This document shows, piece after piece, positions 1 through 9,288 of a stretch of 64,000 nt of DNA. Location of the stretch: assembly GCA_038891615.1 (NCBI GenBank), contig JAWADY010000001.1, positions 96,001-160,000 of the forward strand, given 5' to 3'. The translations under genes were made by a program, and so were the position numbers. Origin of the DNA: Candidatus Woesearchaeota archaeon. Lineage in GTDB: Archaea; Nanobdellota; Nanobdellia; Woesearchaeales; ARS49. The notes below the pieces were generated by a model. It saw only the letters and a list, made by a program, of their open reading frames with translations. It was not told where the DNA came from and did not search any database. How positions within the stretch are numbered: the stretch's first letter is position 1; every line of letters starts with the position of its first letter.

Positions 1-23
1 GCAGTTCAGCAATAGCCTCAAGG

Positions 24-3000
24 ATGAAGCTTGAGCGTGCAAGAAACTTTGTATGCGATAGAATAGGCTGTCCAGCTGTTCCCACATTGCAGGCATACAT
101 AAAGGAGCAACAGCGTGATGCTGGAGCGCTGAAGCCAGTTAGGGTTGGTGACATAACCTATTACAAGGGCTCTAGTTGTGCGTTTGGTGGAGAAAGAGGA
201 TGGCCACATGTTGGCAAAGGTGCAGGGATGGGCGATGGAGACTTAACAAGAGATTTTACTGGAATAAAAAGAATTTATTTGGATTATCTGAAGCACAAAA
301 ATGATAAGACACCAGAAGGCTTCTCAGAAAGCCCTGCCGCAGGACCAGGGGTTCTTGATAGTGAAGTAAACTGTGCTGGTCTTCACCCTGCTGATCCAAG
401 ATGTTGTGGCTTTGAATACATGCAGCAATGGGGCTCAGGATGTGGAATCCCAGATGGTGAAACTCTTTTCAACGAAATAAAAGAAAGCACATGCCTTGCT
501 GCGCAAAGTTCAAGCCTGACTGCACCGAAGGATCTTAAAAGAGATGCAAACATTGATTGTTCTCCAAACATCTTCAATGCAGCAGCAGGCTTCTGCGACC
601 CAGAATGGGGAACCCCTGTTACAGAGCCGATAGAGCTTACAGGCGTGCGCTATAACCTTGAAAACTCTCTTGCAACAAGCAGATTCAAAGACCCTGATGG
701 AAGGGCAGCTGTTTTTGTCGCAATAGCCCCAGGCGACTGGAGCGTAAGTGGTGTTCCATATATTCATCAAACCTATGAAACCACAGGCTATAGGGTGCTG
801 CGTGGTCAGGTTGCAGACAAGCTTAGCTTTGACCAAAGCAGGCTACCTGGTGATGAACAACCATCTTCAAAAAAGGATGTCAAAATCACCACAACTGGCT
901 GGGGCGGTTATGAAAGAAGGCTAAGGGACAGAACAGAAAAGCAATATCAGCTATTCGTAAATGCAGAAACGATATTTCAACCAGATGGGGTTGATGCAAC
1001 AGGCTGCTTTGACACAACAAAGCTACCAACAGAACAGCAACAGCTTGATTGTTTCGTTTCAACAATGTGCGCAGGCGGAGAGATAGCCAATCCAGACACA
1101 TGCAAGAGACAAGCTCCAGGAGTTTTTGCTCTTATAAAGCAAAAGGTTGCTCCTGCAGAAGACTCAAACATTGTTGTGCCTGGCGAAGGGCTTTTAAGGA
1201 GCATGCAGTGTGTTTGCATACCTGCGGTGCAGGGTCATCTAGAAAAATGGAAGCAGATTCTTACTTTTGCAAGGAATTGTCTTAACTCGATTTATCTTAC
1301 TGGAGATGGGAGTGCAGGAGCCTGTCAGGCTTTCGTGAGTCAATATCTTTGTGACGCTTTGTTTGAACTTCTCAGCTGTGCAACAAAGAAGTATGGATAT
1401 GCCGCTGGTGGTCGTGCACGCGGAGAAGGGATTGGTGACCTTATTGGTACAATTACCGCTGCAGGCAATGATGCGTATAGGTCAGCCCAGCAGCGATATG
1501 GTCAAACACCAACCTTCCAAACACTCTTTGTTGAAAGAAAGCTTGTGAACAGCATCTGCCTGTTTGCATTCACTGGAACGTGGGACCTTGACCTGACAGC
1601 AATGTATCAACAAGCCGTTCAAGAATTTCCAATAGACAGCACAGGAGCCATTTTCAGGGCAGAAAGAAGGTTTGTTGCATTCAATCCAGGAACAAGACCA
1701 GCCGGCCTGACAACATGGAATTACCACTTAGGATTGCTGCTAGCAGCAGGAACAGACCTTAACTATAAGCTGGAACTAAAGTGCTCAAACAGCCAGAACT
1801 GCGATACTGCCGCAGGCTTTAAGAATGGAAGATGTGATTGCTATGGACAGCCTGAAAAAAGGGTTTTTATTCCTGTCGGCACAGGCCATCTCAAACGTGG
1901 GGAGATTCTTGGCGCTGGTCCTGAAGGTGAGATTTTCCATGTCATCGAGGCAACAGACCCCGCTTCATCAGTCCGTTATGACACTGCAATATTGAGCTGG
2001 GAATGGATAGACCCAAGAACAAACGAGGTTCGCACAGGAAAGGTTGAAAAAAGAATAAGTCTTGTTGGAGGAGATGCCCCTGCATTTTGCGGCTTTGATA
2101 CTTTTGCACTGGCATACAGGTGCGAGTTTGGGCTTGGGCAATATGCTGGAGCAAGGCTTGACAAAGTTGAACCGGTTTATCCAAGCGAACCTCCAGAAGC
2201 TGAGAAGGCAAAACTGTTTGTTCTTGGAAAGGAACTTAAGTTTGATGTGCAAATAACCAAACAGACTCCTCCTGAGCTGAGACAGCCTGCTTCTTCATAC
2301 AACCGCGAGACAAAGTTCTTAGTTTATGAAGTGAAAAATTCACATGGAGCTGTAATAAGAGAAAACAAAGAACTGCCAGAGGTTATAAACGAAGATGGAA
2401 CCTTTACAAAAACAATTAAAACACGTGAGCTTACCGAGGAAGATTTTGTCAGAACACTTGTAGCCGGATTTGGCTTTGACCTTGTTTATTGGGAACCATC
2501 GCTGCAAACAACGGACAAATGGTTGAGTGGAGAGGCCGCAAACAGACTGGTGGCAGTGGTTGATAGGCAACCAGCAGCTGGAACATTTGTTGTTGTTGGA
2601 TATCCAGATAGTACATTTGAAGTTTATCTCACCACAGGAGGACCTGTGCCCGCTGAAAACAGATTGCCACCTACAGAACCTCAAGGAAAGGGGCTCAGTA
2701 TTGGCGAGAGATTGAAAGGTGGAAGTTGGGGTTATTATGCAAAGCAGGAGTTGGTTGCTGGAAACCCAGTACCTTCCAGATTGCTGGCAAAGGGGACAAT
2801 TGGTCGTGATAATGTAATAAGTTATTCTTCTGAAGGCCGTGAAGTGTTCAAGCTGACATTATCCCAGAGACCGCCAAGTTATTTTGAAATCGTCCTGAGA
2901 GCTGTTCAGGCTGCTGCAGCATGCAACCCAAACGAGCCTGTTACTTTCACTGCAACATTCGCATTGTACGATGCGCTAACAGACTTCATCACCAGAGGGC

Positions 3001-3620
3001 CTAACTTCAACCAAATCACAACAGACCCATCAACCGGTGAGCAGCAAAAGAAAACCATCACTTTCCAGGCGGTATGTAATTCTAAACCACCAAAGGAGCT
3101 TGTTCCACCTCTCTTTGAGAGATGTTCTGCTGATGCGAGCATTGAAAACATGGTGCCTTGTATTTGCAGTGAGCGGTCTGACGAAGAGCTAAAAAATGTA
3201 CTCAAAACAGGAACAGAAGATGAAAAGCGAATGCTATTCAATTGTGGTGTTGGAAATCCTGTAGATGGAACCAAAAGATATTGTGGTTATGACACGAGAG
3301 ATGGCAAAGTAGTAAGGGTGTGTCGTGAAAAGGCAGAAACAGAACCAAAAATAGTTCAAGTGCTTATTTTAAGCCAAAATGAAAATGGGGAGTTTGTTGT
3401 TCCTGCAAACCCAAATGAACTTGAGGCAGGGACGCCATATGTGCTTGATGTAAAAACAAACCTTCCTGGAACAACCATCGTTGCAGCTTTTGTCGGAGAG
3501 CCTGTCGGACCATCGGTTGGAAAGCCTTTCTCACATGCCGCTGGGATTATCGAACTAAAGATTAAAGCACAAAAAGATGGGCTTAGTGATGAAAAAGGCA
3601 TTCAACTGACTTTCAAATAA
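24..3620 (+). CDS. Very large Cys-rich hypothetical protein, probably surface/secreted; likely 5'-truncated by the window edge
   Basis: 1198-aa ORF whose frame is open back to the window start; many Cys pairs (CGCP-like, CVC, CDC, CIC); no recognisable catalytic motif. Confidence 0.6.
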   Translation: MKLERARNFVCDRIGCPAVPTLQAYIKEQQRDAGALKPVRVGDITYYKGSSCAFGGERGWPHVGKGAGMGDGDLTRDFTGIKRIYLDYLKHKNDKTPEGFSESPAAGPGVLDSEVNCAGLHPADPRCCGFEYMQQWGSGCGIPDGETLFNEIKESTCLAAQSSSLTAPKDLKRDANIDCSPNIFNAAAGFCDPEWGTPVTEPIELTGVRYNLENSLATSRFKDPDGRAAVFVAIAPGDWSVSGVPYIHQTYETTGYRVLRGQVADKLSFDQSRLPGDEQPSSKKDVKITTTGWGGYERRLRDRTEKQYQLFVNAETIFQPDGVDATGCFDTTKLPTEQQQLDCFVSTMCAGGEIANPDTCKRQAPGVFALIKQKVAPAEDSNIVVPGEGLLRSMQCVCIPAVQGHLEKWKQILTFARNCLNSIYLTGDGSAGACQAFVSQYLCDALFELLSCATKKYGYAAGGRARGEGIGDLIGTITAAGNDAYRSAQQRYGQTPTFQTLFVERKLVNSICLFAFTGTWDLDLTAMYQQAVQEFPIDSTGAIFRAERRFVAFNPGTRPAGLTTWNYHLGLLLAAGTDLNYKLELKCSNSQNCDTAAGFKNGRCDCYGQPEKRVFIPVGTGHLKRGEILGAGPEGEIFHVIEATDPASSVRYDTAILSWEWIDPRTNEVRTGKVEKRISLVGGDAPAFCGFDTFALAYRCEFGLGQYAGARLDKVEPVYPSEPPEAEKAKLFVLGKELKFDVQITKQTPPELRQPASSYNRETKFLVYEVKNSHGAVIRENKELPEVINEDGTFTKTIKTRELTEEDFVRTLVAGFGFDLVYWEPSLQTTDKWLSGEAANRLVAVVDRQPAAGTFVVVGYPDSTFEVYLTTGGPVPAENRLPPTEPQGKGLSIGERLKGGSWGYYAKQELVAGNPVPSRLLAKGTIGRDNVISYSSEGREVFKLTLSQRPPSYFEIVLRAVQAAAACNPNEPVTFTATFALYDALTDFITRGPNFNQITTDPSTGEQQKKTITFQAVCNSKPPKELVPPLFERCSADASIENMVPCICSERSDEELKNVLKTGTEDEKRMLFNCGVGNPVDGTKRYCGYDTRDGKVVRVCREKAETEPKIVQVLILSQNENGEFVVPANPNELEAGTPYVLDVKTNLPGTTIVAAFVGEPVGPSVGKPFSHAAGIIELKIKAQKDGLSDEKGIQLTFK

Positions 3621-3699
3621 GGAGAAAGTGAAATAATTTCATCTATTTTGTGCTTTTTTAATTTGTTTGATAAACAGTCAGAGTTTTAAGTGTGACAAG

Positions 3700-3717
3700 T
3701 GTGACAAAAAAGTCATA
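3700..3717. promoter_or_regulatory. Palindromic operator TGTGAC-N6-GTCATA upstream of the tandem Fis-HTH gene
   Basis: Dyad symmetry; 3 nt upstream of TATA box TTTATATA (3721-3728); identical 19-mer GTGTGACAAAAAAGTCATA at 51798-51816. Confidence 0.7.
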
Positions 3718-3750
3718 ACATTTATATACCCAACAAATCCCTTTCTGTTA

Positions 3751-4443
3751 ATGGCATTTAATGATAAAAAGCATGCAATGGATGAAAAAAGGCTTGAATA
3801 TGTCATTGATGAACGTCTAAGGCAGGCTATTGACAGCACCTTGCTCAAGTACGGCTTACCAATAGCTAACAGTCTCAATCAGGACATAACAAATAGGATT
3901 AGCAAAAGTTCTGTACTTCTTTTTGACCCCGACACAAGCATCCCATTCAAAAAGGCAAAGCGCCTGTTCAAGAAATACTATCTAGAAAAGTTGCTCAAAA
4001 TACACGGTGGAAATATTTCTAGCGCTGCGAAGGCTGCAGGGATTGATAGACGTTCGCTTCATAGGCTCATTTCTACACTAAATATTTCTGTTGAAAGAAA
4101 GGGTATTAACAGAGCAAACTATCAAACAAACACTGTAAGCAAGATTTTTGAAGATGTGCTAGAAGGCTATAAAAGGTCTGCCAGTCAGCCAGAATTCAGG
4201 CTAAATCATCAAGAAATCACCAAGCTTTACAGATTAAGCCCAACGCTTTCCAGAGAACTTGTCAAGCACATTCCTTCAGTTACGCTAAAGGAGGCTGAAG
4301 AGGTTTTTGAGCAGAAATTTCTAAAACAGGCCCTTGAAAGAAATAACAAAAACATTTCAAGAACAGCAAGGGCAATAGGCATAAGATTTGAATCTCTTCA
4401 CAGAAAACTAAAGGAGATTGGTCTTCGTAATAATGTTGTTTAA
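3751..4443 (+). CDS. Transcriptional regulator with two tandem Fis/NtrC-type (HTH_8) helix-turn-helix domains
   Basis: Two repeats: FKKYYLEKLLKIHGGNISSAAKAAGIDRRSLHRLI and FEQKFLKQALERNNKNISRTARAIGIRFESLHRKL; start moved to ATG 3751, 23 nt after the TATA box. Confidence 0.85.
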   Translation: MAFNDKKHAMDEKRLEYVIDERLRQAIDSTLLKYGLPIANSLNQDITNRISKSSVLLFDPDTSIPFKKAKRLFKKYYLEKLLKIHGGNISSAAKAAGIDRRSLHRLISTLNISVERKGINRANYQTNTVSKIFEDVLEGYKRSASQPEFRLNHQEITKLYRLSPTLSRELVKHIPSVTLKEAEEVFEQKFLKQALERNNKNISRTARAIGIRFESLHRKLKEIGLRNNVV

Positions 4444-4474
4444 AAAGTAAAAACCAAAAGCAAAAAGCTTTATT

Positions 4475-5722
4475 TTACTTAAAGGCACCCGGATCAAAGA
4501 CCGGCGGCCTATTTACATCTTTCACCGTAACTGTTATTTTCTTTGTAGCAGTGTTTGTGCCATCTGTTGCAGTAACCGTTACTTCGTGCACTCCCGCATC
4601 ATCATATGTTGTCTTGTAAGTTGTGCTGTTCATCCATCCACTTATCTTTGTGGTTATAGAATCTCCTTCAGGGTCTGTTACATTGAACTTCAGCTCGACT
4701 GTTTCTCCTTCATTGACTGTTATATCCGTAAGACCTGTTATTTGTGGAGGCTGGTTTCCTTTCTGAACAACAATGAAAAATGCTATTTTATCTGTTAACT
4801 CGCCATCGCTAGCTGTTATGTTAATCCGGTACTTGCCTTCGTCTCCAACCTTTGTTTGCCAGACGCCTCGCTCATCAAATGGAGGACTAAAAACAAAACT
4901 TATCTTGTCACCATCTGGGTCTTTTGCATTTGGCAAAAGGGTTATCCTGTCGCCCTCGTTTACAACGAAGTCCTGGATTGGAGCTATTACAGGTGGCCTA
5001 TTTACATTCTCAACAATAATCTTGACTGTCTTCGTTGTTGCTTCCTTTCCATCTGTTGCTGTTATAGTAACATTGTAGCTTCCGGCGTCATTGAATGTCG
5101 TCTCGTAGCTGTTTGTTTTCATCCAACCAGAATAGCTTACCGTCACATTGTCACCATCAGGGTCTATTATTTCAGGAGAAATAATCACTTTCTCTCCTTC
5201 TTTTACCCTTATGATGTCTTCGGCGAGTTGTATAACTGGAGCCCTGTTTGCATGTTTTACAATTATCTTAACAGTTTGCGTTACAACATTTACTCCATCG
5301 GAAACGCTTATGTTAACAAGATACTCGCCAGCATCTCCTTTCTTTGTTTGCCAGGTTCCATTTTCAGAAAGAGGTGCGCTGAATGAATATGTGAGATTGT
5401 TTCCCTCCGGGTCTGTTGCCTTTAGATTAGGGAAGCTTACAAGCTCTCCTTCTGTAACTATTTTTGTTGGATATTCCTCTTCACTCATTGTGGTTGTTTT
5501 TTCACCACTTTCAGTAACATTAAGCGCTGGCGTTTTTGTTTCTTCAACGCCTTTTGTTACATTCTCGGCACCTTCAGCCCCTGTAACAGCACCGCCACTT
5601 ACTTCGGTTATAGGCTGTTGTTCACATGGTTGTTGCGCAGCTTGTTTTAACTGGCAACCCGCAAACACAAGCACTGCGAGAAATGCAACAATTAGCAGAA
5701 TGAATCGTTGCATCTTTTTCAT
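4475..5722 (-). CDS. Secreted lipoprotein-like protein with four tandem Ig/cadherin-like repeats
   Basis: Signal peptide with lipobox-like FAGC; repeats of N(R/Q)xP..V.EGE...DP(D/E)GD...G.Y.V.ITA(S/T)DG. Confidence 0.85.
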   Translation of the reverse strand: MKKMQRFILLIVAFLAVLVFAGCQLKQAAQQPCEQQPITEVSGGAVTGAEGAENVTKGVEETKTPALNVTESGEKTTTMSEEEYPTKIVTEGELVSFPNLKATDPEGNNLTYSFSAPLSENGTWQTKKGDAGEYLVNISVSDGVNVVTQTVKIIVKHANRAPVIQLAEDIIRVKEGEKVIISPEIIDPDGDNVTVSYSGWMKTNSYETTFNDAGSYNVTITATDGKEATTKTVKIIVENVNRPPVIAPIQDFVVNEGDRITLLPNAKDPDGDKISFVFSPPFDERGVWQTKVGDEGKYRINITASDGELTDKIAFFIVVQKGNQPPQITGLTDITVNEGETVELKFNVTDPEGDSITTKISGWMNSTTYKTTYDDAGVHEVTVTATDGTNTATKKITVTVKDVNRPPVFDPGAFK

Positions 5723-5784
5723 GAGCTTCCCCTCCTCTTTTGCCGCTTTGAACAGCTAGGATAATCTCCCCAATTTCCTACCAA

Positions 5785-5802
5785 TGTAACAATAGTGTCA
5801 CT
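5785..5802. promoter_or_regulatory. Degenerate copy of the operator, TGTAAC-N6-GTCACT
   Basis: Same spacing as the 3700 site; about 20 nt downstream of the minus-strand TATA (5823-5830) of the Ig-repeat gene, over the predicted start site. Confidence 0.55.
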
Positions 5803-5900
5803 ATTCTGAAATAGGTAAGGCATATATAAATTTTGTTGTAGTGAAAAATATATTAGTAAAAACGGCAAATTGATGAAAAGTTGATTAGCAAAAATGTTCT

Positions 5901-6614
5901 TTAGGCTTTGCTGAATGCTTTTTGCCGAGCAGGCTTTAGGCGCTTAATCTTTAAAGCAGAAACCCTTCCAGATTCGAGATGAAGGTCGATATAGAAATCT
6001 CCGCTTATAGTTGACTCTTGTACAATCCTTTCTAAAAGCAACTCTCGCGCAAAAACAGAAGACTTTATGCTTTTATCGAGGACAAAATATATTGGAAGAT
6101 GATTTATGCCATGTTCGTTCAGGAAGCTTCCGTACTCTTTTGTCACGTCTCTAAATAGGAACAAAGTTAATGGTTCCTCATGCAATCGTTTGGTTGGAAT
6201 GTAAAGTGTCTCTTCTTTCGCTTCAAACATGAATGCTCCACTTTTTTGTGCCTCAATTGGATCCTTGCTGGAAATTTCAAGCAAATTATTTGTTTCCTCC
6301 GTTTTTAGAAAAAAATATCTTCCTTTGCTGGATATGTTCGTCGCAAATTTTGGTGACTTAAGAATTAGGTTGTTCTTTTTGTCGGCAACGACAATCCTGC
6401 CGTCAGCAAAATAATTAAAACTTTCTGCAACCCAGGTCCATGTAGAATTTGCCACGCTGCCAATGTCAGAGCTTATCCTAACCTCTGCTAAGTCACGACT
6501 GGTAATCAATTCAAGCCCATTTTGTTTCAAAGCCCTTATCCCTTTGTCAAAAGGGCCGGTGTACAAAAAAAAGTTCAATACCTTATCTTTTTTTACAATG
6601 CTTTCGTATTGCAC
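5901..6614 (-). CDS. Hypothetical protein
   Basis: 237-aa ORF filling the gap downstream of tRNA-Leu; no recognisable motif. Confidence 0.6.
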   Translation of the reverse strand: MQYESIVKKDKVLNFFLYTGPFDKGIRALKQNGLELITSRDLAEVRISSDIGSVANSTWTWVAESFNYFADGRIVVADKKNNLILKSPKFATNISSKGRYFFLKTEETNNLLEISSKDPIEAQKSGAFMFEAKEETLYIPTKRLHEEPLTLFLFRDVTKEYGSFLNEHGINHLPIYFVLDKSIKSSVFARELLLERIVQESTISGDFYIDLHLESGRVSALKIKRLKPARQKAFSKA

Positions 6615-6673
6615 AATATGCTTAATGATTTTCTTTTATTAAAACTTTGTGAATACTACTGTTTTGATCAAAC

Positions 6674-6757
6674 TGCGGCGGACAGGATTCGAACCTGCGT
6701 AGGCACTAAGCCAGCAGCTCCTGAAGCTGTCCCGTTTGGCCACTCCGGCACCGCCGC
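6674..6757 (-). tRNA. tRNA-Leu (CAG)
   Basis: Cloverleaf GCGGCGG.../...CCGCCGC-A, anticodon loop TT-CAG-GA, long variable arm, GGTTCGAATCC T-arm. Confidence 0.95.
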
Positions 6758-6795
6758 ACAGTCTTTTTTTCCACAACGAATGTTTAAATAATTTA

Positions 6796-7713
6796 TCATT
6801 TCTTTTTCCATCCGGTTCTGGCTCTCTCAAGCGCTTTCAGAACCCTTTTTTTGTCAAAACCATACCCTTCAACTAACAGTTCTAGAATAGCCGGTTCATT
6901 TATATCTTTCCACTTAATCTTGTAACGGTCTGTTATTGGCATTGTCTTTATGTGCTCAAAAACCTCTTGCCAAGAATATTCAAAGTTCCAACCAGCATCT
7001 CTGAAAAGCTTGTCAAAATCATTACCATACTGCTTCACAAGTTTAAGCCCTTTTTTTGGGCCTATGCCATGAATGCCTGGATTAAAATCTGTGCCTATAA
7101 GCATTGCAAGGGCAATGAGTTGTTTTTGGTCAATCCCAAGCTGCTGTAACAGTTCCTTGAGCTCTATAAGATAAGTGCCGGTAAGTACAAAACCTTTTTT
7201 TCTCGGTAGCCATCTGCGTTTTGCAAGACTAAAATTTACTATCATTCTTTTTGCCCCAAACAAAAGGCTATCAAAATCCTGGCTGGCGACCGCCCAGCAA
7301 TCTCCTCTTGTTGTCATAAATGCTGCCTGTGCTTCTGCTTCGCTTGGGGCCTGAAGCCATGGTACGCCTAAGCCTTCAAGCAGTTGCTTGCTGCTCAAAA
7401 GGACATGTTCGCTGACAGTTTCAGTTACTCTCGGTTGAAACTCTCCACGCACAATTCTTTCATGCTTACCTATTTCAAGCCATGGACCATCAAATACAAA
7501 AACAGGTTTTATTCCAATGCTCATCAACCTTGTTGTTCTGTAAAAAAGCCCAACAAGATGGCTAGTAAGCCTTCCTTTTCTGTCAGTGAGTCTTGGCATT
7601 GTTTTGAGAAACTGATAAAGTTCGATGAATGCATCTATTGCAATCGATTTTCCTTTTAGTTCTTTGAAGCTTATTGCCTTTCTTGGAACAATTGCAGAGA
7701 TATTAAAGCCCAC
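6796..7713 (-). CDS. fen: Flap endonuclease-1 family nuclease (shortened helical arch, no obvious PIP box)
   Basis: IAIDA..LYQFL, PVFVFDG, APSEAEAQAA, SQDFDSLLFGA, GTDFN.GI.GIGPKK motifs; GTG start after GAGGTGA RBS. Confidence 0.85.
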   Translation of the reverse strand: MGFNISAIVPRKAISFKELKGKSIAIDAFIELYQFLKTMPRLTDRKGRLTSHLVGLFYRTTRLMSIGIKPVFVFDGPWLEIGKHERIVRGEFQPRVTETVSEHVLLSSKQLLEGLGVPWLQAPSEAEAQAAFMTTRGDCWAVASQDFDSLLFGAKRMIVNFSLAKRRWLPRKKGFVLTGTYLIELKELLQQLGIDQKQLIALAMLIGTDFNPGIHGIGPKKGLKLVKQYGNDFDKLFRDAGWNFEYSWQEVFEHIKTMPITDRYKIKWKDINEPAILELLVEGYGFDKKRVLKALERARTGWKKK

Positions 7714-7738
7714 AAATTTCACCTCGCTTTATAAGTTA

Positions 7739-8431
7739 TCATGGAATCATCTTTCTCTTTCTCAATTTTTGAGGAGTGTACGCTCTTTTGTGCGGCTTTA
7801 TTCGTAACCATTTCTTTTTCATTGCAACTTCCCATTGGGGAAGGAGCTTCTCCAACTTCCACACCCACAGCAGTCTCCAATCCCGCCATAATCCCTTCAA
7901 AAAATTTTTTGGCAAGCCAAGTTTTTCTGTGAGTGTTACTATCTTTTTTTCCGCCTCAGCATTCTTGATGTGGGCAGCCCTTCTACGCGGCCGACACCAC
8001 TCCAAAATTGGTGCGACCTTCTTCATTGCAGAGATTATTTTTTGTGCAGCCCTTGCTGCGGTGATACCTTTGTGATAACGCTTCTCCCTCAAGCCGCCCC
8101 AAAAATTAAAATCATAATGCCAGTGCTCAAGAGCCATTTTATGAAAAAAATCAAGTTCACGATGGTCGTAGCTTGCAATGTAGAATTTCAATGTCCGCGC
8201 ATCTAGTAGGTACCTAAAAATCTTTGCAAGCAGGGCCTCGTCTTGCTCATGACCAGAACGAACAATTTTAGCCGTGAGAATCTCATAAGCTGTTCCAGTG
8301 GTTGAATCGTATACGTCAAATATAACCTCTTTATGACGTCTTGCCTCAACAACCACAGAATGCCCTTTGGCTTTTAACTCCGCTGCCAGCTTTTCTTTGG
8401 CTTTGTCATGAAGTTCCTTGTACCAACTCAT
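7739..8431 (-). CDS. Hypothetical basic protein, possibly PD-(D/E)XK restriction-endonuclease-like fold
   Basis: N-terminal H..AK helix then VVVE...FDVYD...AYEILT pattern; ATGA overlap with the upstream Thg1 gene. Confidence 0.5.
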   Translation of the reverse strand: MSWYKELHDKAKEKLAAELKAKGHSVVVEARRHKEVIFDVYDSTTGTAYEILTAKIVRSGHEQDEALLAKIFRYLLDARTLKFYIASYDHRELDFFHKMALEHWHYDFNFWGGLREKRYHKGITAARAAQKIISAMKKVAPILEWCRPRRRAAHIKNAEAEKKIVTLTEKLGLPKNFLKGLWRDWRLLWVWKLEKLLPQWEVAMKKKWLRIKPHKRAYTPQKLRKRKMIP

Positions 8432-9288
8432 CTTTCTTTAATCAGCTTTTCAATGAGCCTTTTACCTTCGCTGCTCATGAAGGTCTTCGGGGAAGTGTCT
8501 ACAACGATTTTATGCCTGACCACACGCACTCTTCTTTTTTTAATCGGATTGTAACCCACCTTTAAAAAGGGCTGTTTATAGAGGAGGATGCCCCATCTCT
8601 GCCATGCGGGTGTTTTGGAAAGGTCAATACCGTGCTTTTTGCAAAGCTTCTCAAGCTCTGCTGTTTTCATTCCAGATAGCTTTCTGGAAACCGATCGCGG
8701 TGAAAGACCAGCACGAAAGAGAACCTTCTGTGCCCATGCATTGTTATGATTTCTAAAACACTCTGCTTGGCGCCAGCGGAGATATTTGAGTATTAATCCT
8801 CTTTTACTTTTTTTGTTTCTACTAACTAGAGGAATGCATCTGCAGTCAAAAGCAACCACTTTCTTTTTCTTGAAAAGCCTGGCTAACTCATTTGTCAGTT
8901 TCGAGGAAGCAACTGCAGCAAAAATTGAATCAATCTTTTCAATCCGTCTAAAATTGACGGGTTTGAGAAACAAAAGGTTTATTTCGTCTGAGAAAATATA
9001 AGCCAAAGTGGGGTTAAACTTTTGAAATAACTCTTTTGTTGTTTCTATTAGCGCTTCGAGAAAACGCTTGTCAAAAGGTTTTGTAAATCTTAAACTTTTT
9101 GAAACAGAGTGAAATGCCCAACCGTCTAGCCTAACGAAAAAAGCTGTGCCAGGAAGTTCTATTCCAGAATAGACCTCATAATCAATGAGTGATAGCTTAC
9201 CACTGCTTGCTTCTGATTTTGGTTTTGGAAAGCCTAATGCCTTCCATGGCTTTTCGACACCTTTTACTCTAGAAGTTGACTGAGGCAT
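8428..9288 (-). CDS. tRNA(His) guanylyltransferase Thg1-like protein (3'-5' polymerase family)
   Basis: VRLDGWAFH, AYIFSDEINLLF, FDCR, YLRWRQ.EC.RN, PAWQRWG motifs; start codon uncertain. Confidence 0.9.
   Translation of the reverse strand: MPQSTSRVKGVEKPWKALGFPKPKSEASSGKLSLIDYEVYSGIELPGTAFFVRLDGWAFHSVSKSLRFTKPFDKRFLEALIETTKELFQKFNPTLAYIFSDEINLLFLKPVNFRRIEKIDSIFAAVASSKLTNELARLFKKKKVVAFDCRCIPLVSRNKKSKRGLILKYLRWRQAECFRNHNNAWAQKVLFRAGLSPRSVSRKLSGMKTAELEKLCKKHGIDLSKTPAWQRWGILLYKQPFLKVGYNPIKKRRVRVVRHKIVVDTSPKTFMSSEGKRLIEKLIKER

Noticed and set aside
3667-3750. Apparent CDKCDK zinc-finger-like N-terminus of the HTH protein
   Set aside because: It is the translation of the TGTGAC operator repeats upstream of the TATA box; the real start is more likely ATG 3751
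4586-5759. Several long + strand ORFs antisense to the Ig-repeat gene (and similar shadow ORFs over ftsZ, srp54 and the S8 protease)
   Set aside because: Antisense shadows of well-supported genes, with no motifs or start signals
6522-6830. ORFs 6522..6791 and 6639..6830
   Set aside because: They overlap tRNA-Leu
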